Assembly (NCBI GenBank): GCA_026936335.1
Contig: JAPMXV010000010.1
Span: forward strand, 186,001-250,000
Reading direction: 5' to 3'
Source of the DNA: Mantamonas sphyraenae STR306
Lineage: Eukaryota; Protista; CRuMs
Length of the DNA stretch: 64,000 nucleotides
Shown here: one piece after another, positions 59,812-64,000 of the stretch
How the letters are laid out: every line of letters begins with the position of its first letter
Numbering within the stretch: position 1 is the stretch's first letter
The notes under the pieces: generated by a model
Database searches by the model: none
What the model saw: only the letters and a program-made list of their open reading frames with translations
What the model was told of the DNA's origin: nothing
Program-made: the position numbers and the translations under genes

Positions 59812-59873
59812 GGCTGCCACCGCGCGCCCCGCACACACCCTGTTACCAACAACCCCTCCTCCTTGCTCTCTCC

Positions 59874-60488
59874 TCACCTGGCCCTGTACAGTTTGTTGAT
59901 CTGATCCAGCAGCGGGTCTGCCTTGCCGTCAACAATCAACGCTTCTTTGATCACCACAGCCGGCCCCACTTCCTCTTGCGTCTCCTCCGTCATGCCGCCA
60001 CCGTCTTCCGTTTCCATGGCACCCACCGCCTGTGTATCCTCCATCTCTCCCCGCTCGTCGCTGTCTTTGCTGCCCTCCTTCTCCTCTGCGTGCACACGTC
60101 GCACCGACGCAGGACTCGACGACCCTGTCGTCGATTGGCGGTCGCTTCCGTCCCTGCTCTTGCGCTGCCTCCTGAACATCTCGTCCACAGTCATGTTTGT
60201 GCCTGCATTCATTCTCCCACGACTGCCTGTTGACGCAGTCGTGGAGCCCTCTACGTTGGCGCCCGCATCCACGTTTGCCACACGCTGCCGCTTCAAGCCC
60301 TCCAGCCGCACCGATTCGCTTTCGGAGTTCACTCGTGCCGTGTCTGGACGCAATGTCCTCGCCTCTTCTGTGCTGTGTGTGTGTGTGGACGACATTGAGC
60401 GCTCACGTGCACTTGCAAACGAGGTTGTTTTGTTGTGGCCTCCCCACCGCGCGCTGCTGCCCCACACTCTCAACATTGGCTTCCCCAT
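59874..60488 (-). CDS. Hypothetical low-complexity protein
   Basis: 204-aa ORF filling the space between two genes, with a plausible charged composition but no recognisable domain. Start uncertain. Confidence 0.45.
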   Translation of the reverse strand: MGKPMLRVWGSSARWGGHNKTTSFASARERSMSSTHTHSTEEARTLRPDTARVNSESESVRLEGLKRQRVANVDAGANVEGSTTASTGSRGRMNAGTNMTVDEMFRRQRKSRDGSDRQSTTGSSSPASVRRVHAEEKEGSKDSDERGEMEDTQAVGAMETEDGGGMTEETQEEVGPAVVIKEALIVDGKADPLLDQINKLYRAR

Positions 60489-60491
60489 CCA

Positions 60492-61600
60492 TCAAATCAA
60501 TGGATCGTACGCCCACTGCAGCAGAGCCTGTCGCTGTCGAGGTCGGCACTCGCAATCGCCCTTTTCGCAGTTCTTCTTGACCTGTCCTTCGTGGCGTCGG
60601 AATGAGCGCCAGCGCTGGATCTGCTTGCGGTCCACATCTGGGAGACGGCGTCCCATGTAGTAACGGCAATACCACTGGAACCAGCCGCGCAGGTCGGCGT
60701 CCAGATGCTCCAGACCACCCAGTGGCGACCACTTTTTCTCTCGCCACACCTCCAGTGGCTGCCTACTCTTGATGTTGAAGTAGTTGATGGAAAACGCAGG
60801 CGTTCCAGGGCGAAGCTTGCCCTTTTGCAGTGCCTCCTCGTACCACTCGCGTGGAAACTCCAGAAGGCAGTCGTTCAGGTACTTGCCCTCAAAGACGCCC
60901 ATGCTGAGCATCTCCTTGGGCGTCAGCTTCGGCTCGAATCCCTCGGCGTAGTTCTTGCCCATTTCCTCGTCCAGTGTGTACACATAGTCCTTTTGCATCT
61001 TGTCCCACACGTACACCGTATCCCCCTTGCTGACCTCCTTCTCACTGCGGCAGTACTTCTTGAAATCCTCGTGCTCCAGGATCGCACGCATGTCCTTGGT
61101 GGTTGAGCTGCAATCGGTGCACACACGTCCGCAAACACCATTCCACACCCTTTCTGTGTCAGTTTCCGTGCAACATGCCCCTCCTCGTGCCCCGGCGACT
61201 TCCAGCTTTCGCTGGCGATCACACCCTGCCAAAAACACGCCGGCTTCCCGCCATATGGCTCCGCCCACTCCCTCGGCCATACTCACATCGACGCAATCAT
61301 CTCACGCAGTTCGTTCGGGTACTTCTTTGCCGTCGACTGCTTCTCGTAGCCCAATTTGCTGTAACCGGCCACCTTGTAGTCGTCGTCCCCGTCGTCGCCG
61401 TCGTCGTACCTCAATTCCGCCTCTCGCTTGCTGCTGCTGCTTCTCTTTGCTTTTCCCTTTGCCTTGGCACTCCTTTCGCTCCCTCTCTGCCTCTTCGTGT
61501 CTGATCCTTCACTGTTGCTCGTTTCTCCGTCAACGTTTCCCGTCTCATCGCCCAACACTTCCTCTCGCTTCCTCTTTACGTCTGCGCTCGTGCTACTCAT
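60492..61600 (-). CDS. Conserved uncharacterised protein (TPKEMLxxGVFxGKY...RGWFQWYCRY...RQALLQWAYD family), 2 exons
   Basis: Motif-dense C-terminal domain, with a basic/acidic first exon and an intron at ~61286-61107 (gtgagt...tgcag). Confidence 0.75.
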
Positions 61601-61742
61601 GAATGTTCGCAATGGGTGGATGTGGTGTCGATGAATGATCGCGCCGCGTTTGGCAAAAATGACGAGATTTTTTTGTTTGCGGTGGTTCCCCATGCGCGCT
61701 CCCTGCTCGCAATCACACACCCGCGTGCACACATTGCACACA

Positions 61743-62296
61743 TCATGCGGAAGGCTCCACAAGAACATCCCCGGTGATCTCCTCCGGAATGTCCAGGCCC
61801 ATGATGGACAGGATGGTTGGTGCGACGTCGCCCAACTTGCCACCCACAGCCTTGTCCTGCAACTCCTTCTTCACCTGAAAGTCGTGCGTGCAGATGTTGA
61901 AAGGCACCGGTGCACACGTGTGCGCGGTGTGCGGCTCTCCGTTGTTCAGCATCTTTTCCGCGTTGCCGTGATCCGAGGTTACAAACAGCACGTATCCGTG
62001 CTCCTGGCACGCGTCAAAGATCTTGCCAATGGTTGCGTCGGTGGCTGTCACTGCCTCCACCGTCGGCTGGTACTGACCGGTGTGGCCCACCATGTCAGGC
62101 GGAGCCAGGTTGCACATGACAAACTCGTACTTGCCGCTCGCCAGCGCGTTGCACATCGACTCTCCCACTCCTTCCAGACTCATCTCTGGCTTCAGATCAT
62201 ACGTAGCCACCTTGGGCGACGGGACCATCTCGCGCTCCTCACGCTCAAACTGCGCCTCTTGCCCACCGTTGACTAAGGAACACCCATCTGCTGTGT

Positions 62297-62346
<50 letters not shown>

Positions 62347-63638
62347 CAACCATCACGCAGAATTCAACACATCATCTCCGGGCATCAACGTACAAAAGAA
62401 AGTCACGTGCGCGTACTTCTCCGTCTCGGCCGTGTGGAATTGCGTCAGACCCTGCTTGCTGATCCACTCGGAGAGACAGTTGGTCACAGTGTTGGGTGCA
62501 AACAACACCTCAAAGGGAAAGTCGCCCTTGTACTGCGTCATCGTGGCAATGTGCAGCTCTTGCGGCGCCTGTTCCGACAACCAGTCCCCATCCTCGTTGT
62601 AGTCCACCAGCTTCGGTGCCAACTGATCCACCAGACCAAATGTGCTCACGATCTCGCGCATACGGTCGGAGCGAAAGTCGATAAACACCAGAGTGTCCTT
62701 GTTTCCGATGCGGCCCTCGCTGTCTGCGATGATTGGCGTCAGAAACTCGTCCGTCTGACCCTCCTCGTATCGCTTGCGGATTGTGGCCACCGGATCGTCC
62801 GACTCTTCGCCCTTGCCCAGCACAAGGCCCTCCCACGCCACGCGGATGCGCTCCCACCGCGTGTCCCTGTCCATTGCGTAGTACCGCCCCACAATGTCTG
62901 CCACCTTGCCATACTCCAGATCCGCCATGAACGATTGCAAGTCCTCAAGGTACCCTGCCGCAGACGTCGGTGCTGTGTCACGCCCGTCCGCAAAGAAGTG
63001 AACGTAGCTCGTCTCCACCCCTGCCGCCTTGGCTGCCTTCAGCATGCTCTTCAGATGGTCGATGTGAGCGTGCACGCCTCCGTCGCTCACCAGGCCCAGG
63101 AAGTGCACCTTTCCGCCCGACGTTGTCTTGGCACGCTCAAACGCATTGGCCAGTGCCGGAAGCGAGCCCATCTCCTCGTTCTTCACCGCCAGCTCGATGC
63201 GCACAATGTCTGCGTACACACAGACATTCACGCACACACACGTATGCACACACACACACACACACAAACAGCATGGCGCATCGACGACCGTATGTCATTG
63301 GACCGTTCCACGTTCGTGTCAGTTGCTGCTTGGGGAGAGGGCTGGCAACCCTCTTCCGGCTTTGCCAACATGGCCCACCCACCTTGATAAACAACACGCC
63401 CGGCGCCAATGTTCAAATGGCCCACTTCCGAGTTGCCCATGAGGCCCTCGGGCAGACCCACATCCAAACCGTGTGCACACAGCGTCGTGTAGGGAAAGTC
63501 CTTTGCCAGCGCGTCCATCCTCGGCGTCTCTGCCGCTTCCACAGCGTTGCCCTCGCTCTCATCCGACACACCCCATCCATCGATGCAGATCAGGCAAGCC
63601 TTGTTGCGTACTTCGCTCTTGGTATCACTGCTGCTCAT
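61743..63638 (-). CDS. gpmI: 2,3-bisphosphoglycerate-independent phosphoglycerate mutase, 3 exons
   Basis: IDGWG, VGLPEGLMGNSEVGHLNIGAGR, SDGGVH, DGRD, GRYYAMDRD, AETEKYAHVTFF, PDMVGHTG and DHGNAE. Confidence 0.95.
62299..62345. repeat. (CA)n microsatellite in an iPGM intron
   Basis: Pure (ac)n run of more than 20 units. Confidence 0.9.
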
Positions 63639-63716
63639 GTGTTGCGGCGATTTGCTTTCAGGTGTTGCGACTCGCGCCTGCTCGGCCACTCACCTTTTGC
63701 CAGCGCGTGCCAATCC

Positions 63717-64000
63717 ATGGGTTGTCGTCAGTCCAACGTCGAACGCTTGGACAACGTGCCTGATGCGCGCAAGCAGAAGGAAGACGGTGACGTCGTCGTC
63801 GAGGCTGAACCCTATGAAAAGGCGGAGTCCAGCAGCTGAGCAAGGTCGCCCCGGGCTCGCCTGCACACACCTCCTCTTCGCTTCCCCACCAACCAGAGAG
63901 GAGCGGTGTTTCATCACGCCGCTCCTCATCCTCCTCCTCTGTTCACTCCATGCCTGCTCCGGGCGAATGGACCACTTTTGTTGCCGCTGCAAAAGTTGCT
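63717..64000 (+). CDS. 5' part of a gene starting MGCRQS (myristoylation/palmitoylation-type N-terminus); runs off the window if a frameshift near 63829 is corrected
   Basis: ATG at 63717, divergent from iPGM. The frame stops at 63839, but a second frame (QLSKVAPGSPAH...) stays open to the window end. Confidence 0.5.

Noticed and set aside
63717-63839. Stand-alone 40-aa lipidated micropeptide
   Set aside because: More likely the 5' end of a longer gene with a 1-nt indel, since another frame stays open to the window end.

Overview
This is a gene-dense, GC-rich eukaryotic (protist-like) genomic window. It has short GT-AG introns, often containing (CA)n/(GT)n tracts, and very short intergenic spacers. 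About 22 host genes are recognisable, including a BEACH/neurobeachin-like protein, glycerate kinase, a TPR-PB1 protein, USP48, a GTF3C4-like protein, an HSF-domain protein, a USP40-like protein, a KH protein, FolD, RRP12, a kelch protein, a DegT-family aminotransferase, PHAF1, a C2 protein and iPGM. Several carry 1-2 nt frameshifts that look like assembly indels. The standout is a ~6.7 kb segment between RRP12 and the kelch gene (~44970-51690). It encodes a very large (~1,840-1,940 aa) Fanzor/TnpB-family RuvC protein with the rearranged Fanzor1-type catalytic site (D1560/E1753/D1797 plus a CxxC...CxxC zinc finger), a ~830-950 aa uncharacterised N-terminal extension and a predicted host-style spliceosomal intron. 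A strongly base-paired downstream non-coding element (45004-45097) is the candidate omegaRNA. No transposase or terminal repeats were seen, so this may be a domesticated or non-autonomous eukaryotic RNA-guided system. All assignments come from reading motifs by eye; no searches were run.
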